Shown piece after piece: positions 13,645 to 25,535 of a stretch of DNA of 64,000 bases. The DNA is taken from the NCBI GenBank assembly GCA_021613535.1, contig CP075495.1, positions 4,402,001-4,466,000 on the forward strand, given 5' to 3'. The DNA is from Adineta vaga (Eukaryota; Animalia; Rotifera). Each line of letters starts with the position of its first letter. Within the stretch, counting starts at the first letter, position 1. A model generated the notes under the pieces. The model worked only from the letters and a program-made list of their open reading frames with translations. It was not told where the DNA came from and did no database searches. A program made the position numbers and the translations under genes.

Positions 13645-14359
13645 GGTCACTTATCTAAAAATACTTCGAAAAAAATAAACCTTCATTTTTATACTTTGAA
13701 AACAAACAATCAAATAAGAACATTTTCTTTTCATTCTTTTCTTATCAAACAATGTAAAGAGAAAAAAAAATAATATATACTTGATCAATGTATAACTAAA
13801 TAAGTTACCTTTCTCTTTGGAGATATATATATATATATACACGTGTATATATACATATATTTGCTTTATTGCAAAGCAATTAAAAGGATTTTTCTTCGGT
13901 TTTTTCTTCCCTCTCTCTCTCTTTCTCTTTTTCTACGTGGGAAGTGTTTCTGCCTCCTACCTCTAAACGTTGTCTCTTTTTTTAATAAGGTATCCATATA
14001 AAAATCGACAGCAGGTAAAATAATAAAGATGGCAAGTTTTAACTGATGGTTTTTTTTATTATGCGCGTGCTGTTCTCTTCCCGTCAACTACATTATTTAT
14101 GTGTACACTAAAAATTTTCCCTGTGATATGTATTCAATAACTTCAAATGATTATAATCGCGCATATTTTAAAAGAACTCTTTACGTAGATGAAACGATTT
14201 TGAAGAGTAGAATGAAATCCACGAACTTTCATCACAGGTTTTTCGTGTAGTTTATCCACATTGTTGAAGATGTCGCTAATAATATGAAAGATAATATATA
14301 TTCTCTGATTGGTCAAATAAGTAGGATGCATTTTCATCTCCTTGACGAATTTATATAAT

Positions 14360-14383
14360 CGACATCGACATCGACATCGACAT
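14360..14383 (+). repeat. (CGACAT)4 microsatellite
   Basis: cgacat repeated four times upstream of the TMEM138 ATG. Confidence 0.9.
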
Positions 14384-14440
14384 CAAAGTTGTATTTATAA
14401 ATTTTTCATCGAAGAAAAAAATCTTCATAAGAAAACGAAA

Positions 14441-15310
14441 ATGAGATCACAATTAATTGATAATCAATATCAACAACAACTTGCGACAATGATACCTGTT
14501 CGTTATCGTATTTTACTTTATTTAAATATTTTCTTAGTTCTCGTGGATTTATGTATCAATACATTTAGTGAATTTCTTGCACCAAATAATATTGGACAAT
14601 TGATTATTTTCATGTAAGTCAATGGAAAATGTAGTTTTGATGTTTAAAATCTAAATATCTTCATTGATTTTGTTTTAGTATTCAAGATATATGTATTGTA
14701 CTTTCGATTACATTGATCATTGTTATGATTTTAACTACTTATGTTGCACAAGCTGGTCTATTATGTCTTCTGTTACGAATGTTTCGTTTTTCTATTATCA
14801 TAGCTTTTATTTATCTTGCATTTTGTGCCGTTGTTCAAGGATTGATCCTTGTAAGTTGTCTCAAGATCTTCTTTTGTTTTTTGATTGAAATATGAATCTA
14901 ATTTATTCATAGAGTGTGACTAGGTAACTCTAGATTGAGTGAAAGTGCTTTTGCAAAACCGCAAGTATTAGCCTTTTATGTTATTCAACGTACATGTAGG
15001 AAATAGATGTTATGCTTTTTTCATAATTTTTGATGGTTTTCTTGTTGAATTCTAGTTTCAGTATTGTACTATTACGGAATGAAACGTGCTGCTTATCGTT
15101 TAAGTGATCCTCATTTTTATCAATCATCAAAATGGTTACAGAATCTCTGGTATAATCAATCAAACTTTATCCTATTGAAATTTCTCTTTTGTCATATTAT
15201 TTTTCAGGGAAAAACGTCGTATGGCTGCTACAGGTGCTACCATGCATGTTTCTTCCGCTGTTGGAGCTATGCCAGCTACTACACGATGTGTTTGTTGTAC
15301 GATATTGTAG
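14441..15310 (+). CDS. TMEM138: TMEM138-like ciliary membrane protein (frame disrupted by a 10-nt insert at 14924-14933; C-terminal CaaX extension)
   Basis: DLCINTFSEFL, QLIIFIIQDI, QAGLL, YVIQR and YYYGMKRAAYRLSDPHFYQSSKWL match TMEM138; five exons. Confidence 0.85.
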
Positions 15311-15657
15311 AATGAGTTTTGTTTTTGATATTATTTCTAATCCGTCCATGAATGCTTTGTTTCTCTGTTTGTTTGTTTATGATGTTCTCTCAACGTTTTT
15401 ATCTCGGATATATCAGATTTGTGTGTATGGTGTAGCTGTAACAAATTTTTTATTGATTAATATAAATAGCTGACGAAACTTCATGGTTATTGATTGATTG
15501 AAATAGAACAGTAAAGAGAGTAAAGAGAAACAAAAAAAAACCTTACAGAAACGTGAATCAGAGTAAATATACGACGTAAATCGATATAGATGAGCGAGTA
15601 TACTTACTTGCTCATGCGAGGTCGCTTTTCTCCTCTGTTTTAGATTTTATTGATTAT

Positions 15658-18600
15658 ATGTCAACATCAAATCTCGATAAATTAATACCAACAAAACATG
15701 GTTGGCACGTAGGTTTTGATAAGGAATTTGATGCTAGATGGAAACCATTTGGACGACCAAGAGCAAAACAATTAATTGAATATGTACCATTATTTATGAG
15801 GTATGTTGAATAGATTTCAAACGAAGAAAAAGATTTTTGTAAGAAGTTTCTAGATATCTTCGAGTATGGTACAAATTAAAACGAGCTAAGCGACGAGCAC
15901 ATATGGATTTTCTAAATCCGATACCACTAAAACAAATCTATGGTAAATGAAAATCAGAAGAAAAATAATCACATTGAATTATATTTCTTGTTGTTTAGGT
16001 GCACCTATTGGAGGCCTAGGCTGTGGTACAATTGGTCGAGGTTTTCGAGGAGAATTCTGTCGTTATCAACTTGTACCTGGTCTCTATGAATTTCATACTG
16101 TTGAAGCCAATACTGTTCGTATAAGAAATGTTTTTCTCAAAAAAAATAATTATTTAATTTTCTCTTTCATATCAATTAGTTTACAGTTTGTATTCGTCGT
16201 CGAAATACAACAAGTTATTGTCAAGTATTAACACCACATCGTTTTAGAAAGAAAGGTTTACGTTCATGGAATACTGCATTTCCATCGGAAAATGGTCGAT
16301 ATCAAGCTTTATATCCACAATCATGGACAACATACGATTTACCTGGTCAACATGTTCGATTATTGTGCAAACAATTATCACCGGTGATTCCACATAATTA
16401 TAAAGTACATCAAGAAACAGGAACTAATTGAAAGAATTAGCCTATATCCTTTCTTTTTCGTTTAGGATTCTTCATTACCGGTGGCCTCGTTTGTTTGGTA
16501 TATTGAAAATTTAAATGATGAACCTGTCGAAGTTAGTTTAATGTTTACATGGCAAGCTGGTTCAGGTATTGAATATCTTCTTTAATATTTTCCAATTCAT
16601 ATTTATTTGGTAGCTTCAAATGAATTCGTATGTCGAGATATTTCACATCAATCAATCGATGCTTCCGAAGATAATGTTTCAGCTACTGGTGTATCAATTA
16701 AACAAGTATTACGTGACATGAATCTTGAATATTGTATTATGGGGAAAAAAGAGGTTTGTGATGATTAATGATGGAAAATGATATGAAAAAAATCTGACAT
16801 ATTCGCTATTCTGTGGATATTTTAGTCTGATAATATAATTACTACGCGAACAAATTTTAATGTTGATTCAGAATCGGCTGGACGTGAAGTATGGCTCGAT
16901 CTAACTAATGTTGGTCGATTATCAGGTAGGATTATAGAAATCATTTTTTACTTTGATTCTTTTCATTGTGATGAAATATTTATATGTCATTATTAGATCT
17001 AAATACTGCTCAATCAACAACTCTTCATTCTGCTAGTTGTGTCTGTATAACTACAACTGTTGCACCAAAATCTATCAAAACATCTGAATTTGTTCTTGCT
17101 TGGCATATGCCACAAATAAAATTCGGTCTTGGACAAAAAATATATTCGAAGTTCGTACTTTATTTCTCATAGAACTTTCTACTGAATTTGACGTACTTTT
17201 TCAGATGGTATACAAAATGGTTTGATAAAACAACACTCAGTGGATCCACTCTTTGCATTTATACAATGAAACATCGGACAAAATGGGAAGAAGATATTAT
17301 GAAATGGCAACAACCGATTTTAGATGATCAGTAAAGAAAATTGCCGATAATTATATTGAAAAATAATTTTATTCATTCAGATCATTACCAGAATGGTATA
17401 AAAGTGCCATATTTAACGAATCATATTTCATTGCTGATGGTGGAACAATTTGGTTGGATGTTAGTGATGATCATACTTTACCTGAACATATCAGAAAATG
17501 GGGTCGATTTGGTTATTTAGAGGGTAAATAATCATATCTGTGTTATTGTTGTTGTTTTTTAACTAGGAATTATTTAGGTCATGAATATCGGATGGTCAAT
17601 ACATATGATGTTCATTTTTATGCATCATTTGCATTAATCCAATTATGGCCAGAATTAGAATTGAGTATTCAATATGATTTTGGTTCGTACATTTTCTCTC
17701 AAATCATCCAAAATAATATATTGATCTATTTGCGTTAGCTAATACAATAACTTATGAGAAACTTGAATCCGTGTTTACTTATATCATGGACGAGCATCAC
17801 ATTGGAAAACATTACATTCTGTTCCTCATGATCTCGGTGATCCAGGTACAACGAAAATAATCTTCTCAAACTTTTATTATTCATATTTATTTAGATGAAG
17901 AACCATGGTTACTAATTAATGCATATATATCTCATGATACAGCAGATTGGAAAGATTTAGGTTTGAAATATTTACTTCAAGTCTACCGTGATTATATTTA
18001 TACGAAAAACAAAGCATTTCTAACTCATGTATGGCCATCAATAAAAGTAAATAAAAAGATTTCCTACAAATACTTCGTTTAATTAAATTTGTTTTCCATA
18101 TGAAGTTCGTCACCGATCGTGTTAGAACACAAGATATTGATGGTGATGGATTAGTTGATAATGGTGGATTTGCTGATCAAACATATGATGCTTGGACAGT
18201 GGTTGGAGCTAGGTAAAACATTTAATTACATATCGTTCTCAATGAGTATCTCTTGTTTCATGTTCAGTGCATATTGTGGTGGTCTTCATGTAGCTGCTCT
18301 TCGTGCTTGTGTTGAAATGGCACGCATCATGGAAGATACAAGTGCTGTACGTGAATATGAAGAATGGCTTGAATTAGCAAAAAAATCTTATTCAGAAAAA
18401 TTATGGAATGGAAAATATTATAATTATGATTCCAGTGCATCACGTCATCATGATAGTATTATGTCTGATCAGTTAGCTGGATTTTGGTATTTGCGTTTAT
18501 CTGGTCATAAATATGAAGTAAATTTTAGTTTTAAATCAAAAGTAAAAATATTTCGTTTTATTATATATTGGAAGGATTTTGAAAAAGAACGAGTCGATAG

Positions 18601-19127
18601 CGTACTAAATACAGTGTTCAATATGAATGTCATGACATTTGGTGGCGGCAAATTGGGTGCTGTTAATGGAATGACTAGTTCAGGACAAGTGGAAATTGTT
18701 AGTATGCAATCGGAAGAAATATGGACTGGAGTTACGTATGGATTATCATCGACAATGATTATGGAAGTAATGATTTCTAGCAAAAATATCTAAGCATATT
18801 AAATTCTCCTATAAAAATACTTTCGTATATGTCTTTTATAGAATCTCAAAACTCAAGCATTTCTTACATCTGAAGGAATATATAATACATGCTACAATGA
18901 AGCTGGATTAGCATTTCAAACACCTGAAGCATTGAAGCGTGATTGTCGATTTCGATCGGTAAATATTTCTTCTTAGAAAACATATGTACTAGGTAAAATC
19001 CTTTTCATTCTCTAAACTTTAGGTTGGATACATGCGTGCATTATGTATCTGGTCAATTCAAAAAGCACTTGAACTATCTCGTCTAGAAGAAAGTACAACA
19101 CATACGAATACAGATGATCAAAAATAG
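15658..19127 (+). CDS. GBA2: Non-lysosomal glucosylceramidase (GH116), with an apparent 1-nt frameshift at about 17770
   Basis: [128 protein letters not shown]. Confidence 0.93.
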
Positions 19128-19526
19128 TATAATTTTTTGTGATAATTTATCTACCGAGCTAAGTTATTGTGTGTGTGAATCCAACAATGTTTCTTTCATT
19201 TTTATTTCGTCATTTTCATCATCGTTCGTAGAAAAGAAAAGACACATTATTCTTTCAATATCTTCTGTAACATTCCACTCTGTGTGTTAGTTGATTTCTT
19301 TTACTTTTCATTGTATTCTTGTATTTAATTTATTTATTGCTATATTTTATGCTAATCTTGCCTTTATTTTAATAATCAAAATAAAAAAAACAATTTTATC
19401 TTTTCTTGTCTAAATCAAATTCATTTCAAATCACAAAACTTGCACGATAATAAGAAAATCTTTAATCGAGAAAAATTCGCGCGTAGAAGAAAACAAACGT
19501 AGTTTTCATAGAAAAAAAATCGAACA

Positions 19527-21193
19527 ATGAAGACCTCACGTGATACAAATAATAACAATAGTTCAAAAACTCAAGCGCATTTTTCTTCAAATTCCTCTCG
19601 ACAAAATTCAGTAACAACAGATGGAATATCATCATCATCTCACAATTGTCATTCACAACAAACTCTCTGGCGCAATAATATCGGTATAAATATTAAACAT
19701 CAGGTTAAGTTAACATAAACAAATAAAAATCTATCTTTTAGAACAGTCATGCATAAATTCGAATACACAACTGCAAAAATCTTCAACACAAAACAACAAT
19801 ACTAAACCAACTTCAGTTTCATCATCATTGAATCCATTTGCATCTGTATTTCATGTTGATACAAATCAACTATCATCGCTCATTCAATCCTATCTATCAA
19901 AATGTAATGGAAATCAACTTCCTCAAATGGATCCAACGAATCCTTTATTCTATTTACAATTCATCAATACAAATACGATGCTGATGCAACAATTATCTAC
20001 ACACTACGATTCAATAAAACATATACAAAATCCCACTTTTATCGATAACCAACCGACATCAAATTCGAATGTTGATTCATCAAATGAAACAATGACTATA
20101 GGAGTACAATCTTCGATTTTACAAGCAGATTCAAATATGTTTGTACCGAAAACACGTCCAATGAGTCAAGATGAAATAGTAGAACATACACGATTAGTTT
20201 ATCAACGAGCTTTACAACGAAATCAATTACAGCAGAATAATGATGTCATGAAACATTTCTATGAAACATTACATACCACTAAAGTAGCACAAGAATCTTC
20301 ATCAATAACATCAACAAATCATCAAGAAGTACCAAGTGTTCCTAATGTTAGCAATATCGGTATGATATATTCTATCGAAACATTTCATAAAACTAATATT
20401 CTCTTTCAGCATCCATTGGTACGTTTGATGTGATTAATACAATGATTCGATCCTTACCATCATCATGTATTTTAAATCAAGAATCAAATATCAATGAAGC
20501 ATTATCATCCATTTCACTTCTTTCAGCTGATGATACAAAAATACTAAGTAATACAAGTTCAATACTTGATCCTGGTGCACCAATATTTATTCCACGTCAG
20601 AGTCGTTTTAAATCAGATAACGATAATGATACAGTATAGCATTTTGTTTTCAATACATTGTTTCCTTTTCTTCAAAATTTATATTCTAGTCATCATCATC
20701 ATCCGATTCTGATGTTAACGATTTTCAGTATATTGATCAATTTCTCGAAGAATTCTATAATACAAATAATGAACATGATAATCATATCATTCTTCGAAAA
20801 TGTTCATCATCGGAAACAATACCGAATAAATATCTTATCAATCATAAGTTACATGGACAAGGTGATGTTCTTGATGAATCAATTCAACATTCCTTATCAA
20901 CAACGATAGAAAAACAAGATTGTCAATATTCAATTTGTGATTTACTTAATCGGTATAAAAACAAATTTTTGCTCATAAAAATAATATTTTTTTGTCGTGT
21001 ATAATAGATATCGGAATCCTCGTTCTCATTTAGTTTTACCTGAATGGTCACGTTTATCATTAATACTTCCAAATGTTTGTTCCATGGTGCTCATAAATAT
21101 AAAATCAAACGATATTTTGCCTATCGTCGTCGATTATACGAAGATGAAAATGTAACGAAAGATCTCGATAATACAATTTCTATTCAAGGATAA
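19527..21193 (+). CDS. Orphan low-complexity protein with three PAM2-like motifs and a YxxxxLphi eIF4E-binding-like motif
   Basis: Five exons joined by about 50-58 nt GT-AG introns (19684-19741, about 20360-20410, about 20634-20689, about 20953-21007) in consistent phase. Stop at 21155, or at 21193 if a 1-nt shift near 21082 is corrected. No globular domain recognised. Confidence 0.7.
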
Positions 21194-21293
21194 AACAAAT
21201 CTCGATATATACATATGAATATCTGTTTTTATTTGAAATCTGTTTAATGAAAATAAGCATATGACTCAATTGAAAAAATAAACAAAATTTAAT

Positions 21294-23548
21294 TCACTGA
21301 AGAACACAGACGGAGCTCCTAGGCATAGCTGTTCGACGTTTACCATTGTGACGTAAGCCTACACCAAGCGAATGATGTCGTTCACGTTGCTTACAACCTA
21401 TTGAATGCAAAAGAAAACGATATCATAAGAGAAATTCATGGGAATTAAATCATGTAATCACATACCACGTTTGTAAACTTCATGATTGAATTTTCCGTAT
21501 GAAAGATTTCCTCTAGAAATGATTGATATAATTAAGTAATTGAAGATTAATGAACATACGTATGTGAACCGGGTTTAAGTTTTACTCGAAAATGAGCTAG
21601 AACAGGTTTGTGATCTGAATGTTTGACGCCTTCAACTGATTTATATTGTGTACATTCAATTGGTGATGTTGGTTTATCACGATAAAGAATACGATCCTAA
21701 ACAAATGAAAAAAGATTAGTCAAGCTGAGAATGTATTCATCACTCAACTGAAAATCTCAAGCCCACAAAGAATTTTTCGATACAAAATTATTATGAAAAA
21801 TAGCCTCTGAATAAAATCACACATTGTTAGTAAAGTTTTAGCAATATACTTTGCCACTATTTTCTTTTCATACTGTCAAATCTACTATGAAGCAAATAAA
21901 CGAAGAAATAGTTTATTCATATTTTGTTCTTCGTAGATTACGATTGAAATTCCAATCTTACCGTATATGAAGGTGTTCTATGTTTAGCATATGTATCATC
22001 ATATCGTAAATCGTATTTATATGTTGGCGGAAAATCAATATCAGCTTCTTTGAAATGTGTATACAGATCATCTAAATAATCGAAAAGAAAAAAGCAATAA
22101 CAAGATGAAATGAGTATTTTGAAATGGTTTTAGTTTACCAGTATTTTTATGAGCCAAACGAAATTCATCTTTAAGTAAAATTGCATGATAATTCTTTTCT
22201 TTACATTGATCTAACACTTCTTCATGCGTCATATTTATACGAAAATTCATATCGCCAGCCCAAAGAACAAAATCACATGATTTCGTTATATCTACAACAC
22301 AATTTAGACATAGATCCAACGAGCTAAGAAAGGAAATTTTCAATTGACCTGTATTTGTATACGCATTCGATTCAATGGACGATGATGTTTCAAGATTTTG
22401 TGATATGTTTGTTGCTACCAATGCTGTTATACGTTTAGCAGGCATGACAGTTCTTTGAATGAATTCATGTGGAATTGATAATTTTGTTGTTGTATTATAA
22501 AAATTTGATCGTCTATTTATACAACCTTCACCACCATGACCAGCTATATAAAGATAAACTGATGCTAAAATTTCATTTTTCTTTTCCAATCAATCAAACC
22601 TTCAAAATGTGAATTAATAAACATAAACGATGATCCGAATAGATTGAATGTAATTGCTAATGAACCTTTTGTACGAACAGGACCAACTGCTCGAAATTTA
22701 ATGATATCTTCTTCGGGTTCTAGATAGAAAAACCAAAGAAATCTAAAATATCTTCATCAAATTTAATATACCAGTACAAAACCAGATTAAATCTCGTCGT
22801 AAAAATATACATAATGATAATGTTCCAAAATGAATTGAATGAAAGAGAACATGTGTTGGTCCAATAACTTCTTGAAGTAAGATTTCCCAATCAATTCTAA
22901 AAGACATATGTCAATTATGATGACGATCACAACAATAGCATAGGTTAATTTCTATGTACCTTTTCTTTGCAACAGACATTTCTTGTGTACCAACAATAAT
23001 AAGATCAGAAACATAATCAATAAACGTTGGTAATAATATATCCGACATATCATCAAGCATTCGTTCTTTTGGTTGAGCTGTTTGACGAGCTGTTGGAGTA
23101 TAATTTTGCTCATATAATTTCGATGCTTCACCAGTATTCCACGTAACCATCATTATAGTCAATGCACGTCCATTAGGAAAATATGAATTAATATCATTTG
23201 CTGTAGTTTCTGGCAATTGTCTCGCGGTTCCAACAAGAAAATTTCTAAGAAAAAATTGTTAAACTTAATTGTGAATATTAAATGTTTTTTTTTTACCTCT
23301 TTCGAGCATCGTTCGTTGATAATAAATGACTCGTATTGACAAGTGCTTGAATAATTGATACACTACTGCGACGATATATGTTGTGGATTTTCATCAGTTG
23401 ATTTCTCTTGCGTAGTGGTTTCATACAATGGAATACTATTCATAAGCGCAGTGATAGTGTTATTTGATTGATGTTCAACAGATATCACCGGTTCACTGAC
23501 AGAACTTCGATGACTGGACGGTGAACTATGTTCGCTCTGATCTGTCAT
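21294..23548 (-). CDS. INPP5E: Inositol polyphosphate 5-phosphatase E (type IV, ciliary)
   Basis: VTWN, IVGTQE, RTKGSLAI, FINSHF, WAGDMNFR, FPPTYKYD, RTPSYTDRILY, SDHKPV; FNHEVY (cf. the FDRELY ciliary targeting motif); C-terminal CaaX CVLQ*. Exon 1 is out of frame near 23375; an alternative in-frame ATG lies at 23394. Confidence 0.9.
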
Positions 23549-24219
23549 TATTCGTTAGATAGACGAATAAAAGAGAATAGAATAACTCTTTCGTAATTTA
23601 GGATTTCTTATTTTCATTAAATACGTTTTAGATATCCGGAAAAATTAACGCTATCAACCTATCATTGTATTTTGTTTTTCTTCTTTTAATTTAACTCAAT
23701 TAATACAATTAGTCATGAAGCAATGCGTTACTATAGTAACTTAACATTATCAATATTTAGAAAATTATAAAATTAAAGTTTTTCTTTCAAATTAATTGTC
23801 TGATAAATGTAATTTCATCTCGAACAAGCGAATTAATAGATATATAATTATTTATCGATGATCTACAGCGTCCTCTATCTATATTTAAATTGTGTAGAAT
23901 CTAAAACTAACTAGCAGTATAGTATAGTACAGATCCGTGAAAGAATGTCTATTCTTGATTGATTAATATTTTTGCTTTTTTTTCCTCAATGTAATGTTAA
24001 CGATGTTTATATTTCTACAAGGTTGTACAACATTCTTTTCTTCGAATTCTAGTTAGACACAAACAAACAGACACACACACACACACACCAGATCGATTGG
24101 ACAGTTCTATTTTTATAAGAAACAATTTGTTTTCAGATTTATTGTAAGAAAACAAGCTTCCATAAAAAACAAACAAATTTTATTTTAATAATTCATATAC
24201 AAAAATATATAGATGTATA

Positions 24220-25161
24220 TCAAGGTACTATGGTTAATTCAATACAATCTAATTGAAGAAATTTTTTCCAAAATCGATTATTCCAATTACGTATTCCAAT
24301 TAAAATAGTAGATGGTTCATAAATAAGGATATAACCCATTTTAACTAAAAACCAAGAATTATCATATTGTAATAATAAACTTTGAAAATCTTCATCCATC
24401 ATTCGATAAATCATTAATTTTCCATGTTGTGGTACTAAAATAAATTCTGTTTCACCTGGCATTTTTGTACTATTCAAGTTTCCTTTCATTCGCCAACTGA
24501 CTTCATATTTTCCCGGCATAATCTTGCATTGAAAACGTCCAGTAATATCTAAACGTACAACTTCGCGTACATTAATAATTTGACCAGTTAAACTATCGGC
24601 ATCGAATGTTTTAAAAGCATCTTGATCGCCTGTATCCATATCAATAGCTGAACATCTTTTTCGATCAATTAAATAAAAATAAATTAATTTCATAAATGGA
24701 ACAGTTGTACTATCATTCGGTTTGTTGTATTGAAAGAATTCTAAATCCATTAAAAACATTTCTTTTGATATGTACATTTTCGTCTGTCGTCTTTCAACGG
24801 CTTCATCATTATAATGCGTAGCTGAAGTTATAGCTAGATTATCTAATATATGATCCGTTCGACTATGAGCAAAACCTGATGCTTGAATTTCGTTGTATGT
24901 TGAAATGTATTCGGGTTTTTTAAAAAGATCAGTAGTATAAAGTTGAACAATTGATCGTGAAAATTGATGACGTAAACGATATAACCAGAATTTATCATTA
25001 TTGATAAATATATAAAATGTTTGGCAAGTTTTACTTAATGCTTGCAGATCTTTTACATTGAGAAAATCAGTAATAGTTTGTAATAATTCATAAGGCAAAT
25101 GTACGAACCAACAACTAATTTTCGACGATAAATTATCTTGTGATTTAGTAGACCAAGACAT
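24220..25161 (-). CDS. F-box protein with C-terminal phloem protein 2 (PP2/Nictaba)-like lectin domain, intronless
   Basis: F-box LPYELLQTITDFLNVKDLQALSKTCQTFY...FW; C-terminal VVRLDITGRF...PGKYEVSWRMK...WFLVKMG...WKKFLQLDCIEL resembles PP2 domains. Likely start MSWSTK at 25161. Confidence 0.75.
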   Translation of the reverse strand: MSWSTKSQDNLSSKISCWFVHLPYELLQTITDFLNVKDLQALSKTCQTFYIFINNDKFWLYRLRHQFSRSIVQLYTTDLFKKPEYISTYNEIQASGFAHSRTDHILDNLAITSATHYNDEAVERRQTKMYISKEMFLMDLEFFQYNKPNDSTTVPFMKLIYFYLIDRKRCSAIDMDTGDQDAFKTFDADSLTGQIINVREVVRLDITGRFQCKIMPGKYEVSWRMKGNLNSTKMPGETEFILVPQHGKLMIYRMMDEDFQSLLLQYDNSWFLVKMGYILIYEPSTILIGIRNWNNRFWKKFLQLDCIELTIVP

Positions 25162-25535
25162 ACTCAAATAAGTTATCTTATTGTCTAAAAGTATAATTTT
25201 CTTAAGCATACGAAACATTGTATTTGTTCAGTTTATTCTACTTATATGACAAATAAAAGTTTTCAAGAACAGAAAAAAACAATAACAACAACAAGAGCAA
25301 CAGGCAAGCACACACACGCACACTTACACACTATCATTTTTCAAATATTGGTCATATAAATTCATTCACTATCTCTAATATTCGTTTCTTTTACCCGATC
25401 TCTCATAAATTTAACAACGACCGAATACATAAAGATAGAACAAGCAAAAAACAAAAGAGTATTATTGTTCATATATCACAACTAAGCAACACTAAATATC
25501 ACTATTGCGAGTATATACGATATGAATAGACGCGA

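Noticed and set aside
14441-23548. Ciliopathy gene cluster (TMEM138, INPP5E), both CaaX-ended, with mevalonate enzyme HMGCS in the same window
   Set aside because: Opposite strands with unrelated genes between them; two or three genes is consistent with chance.
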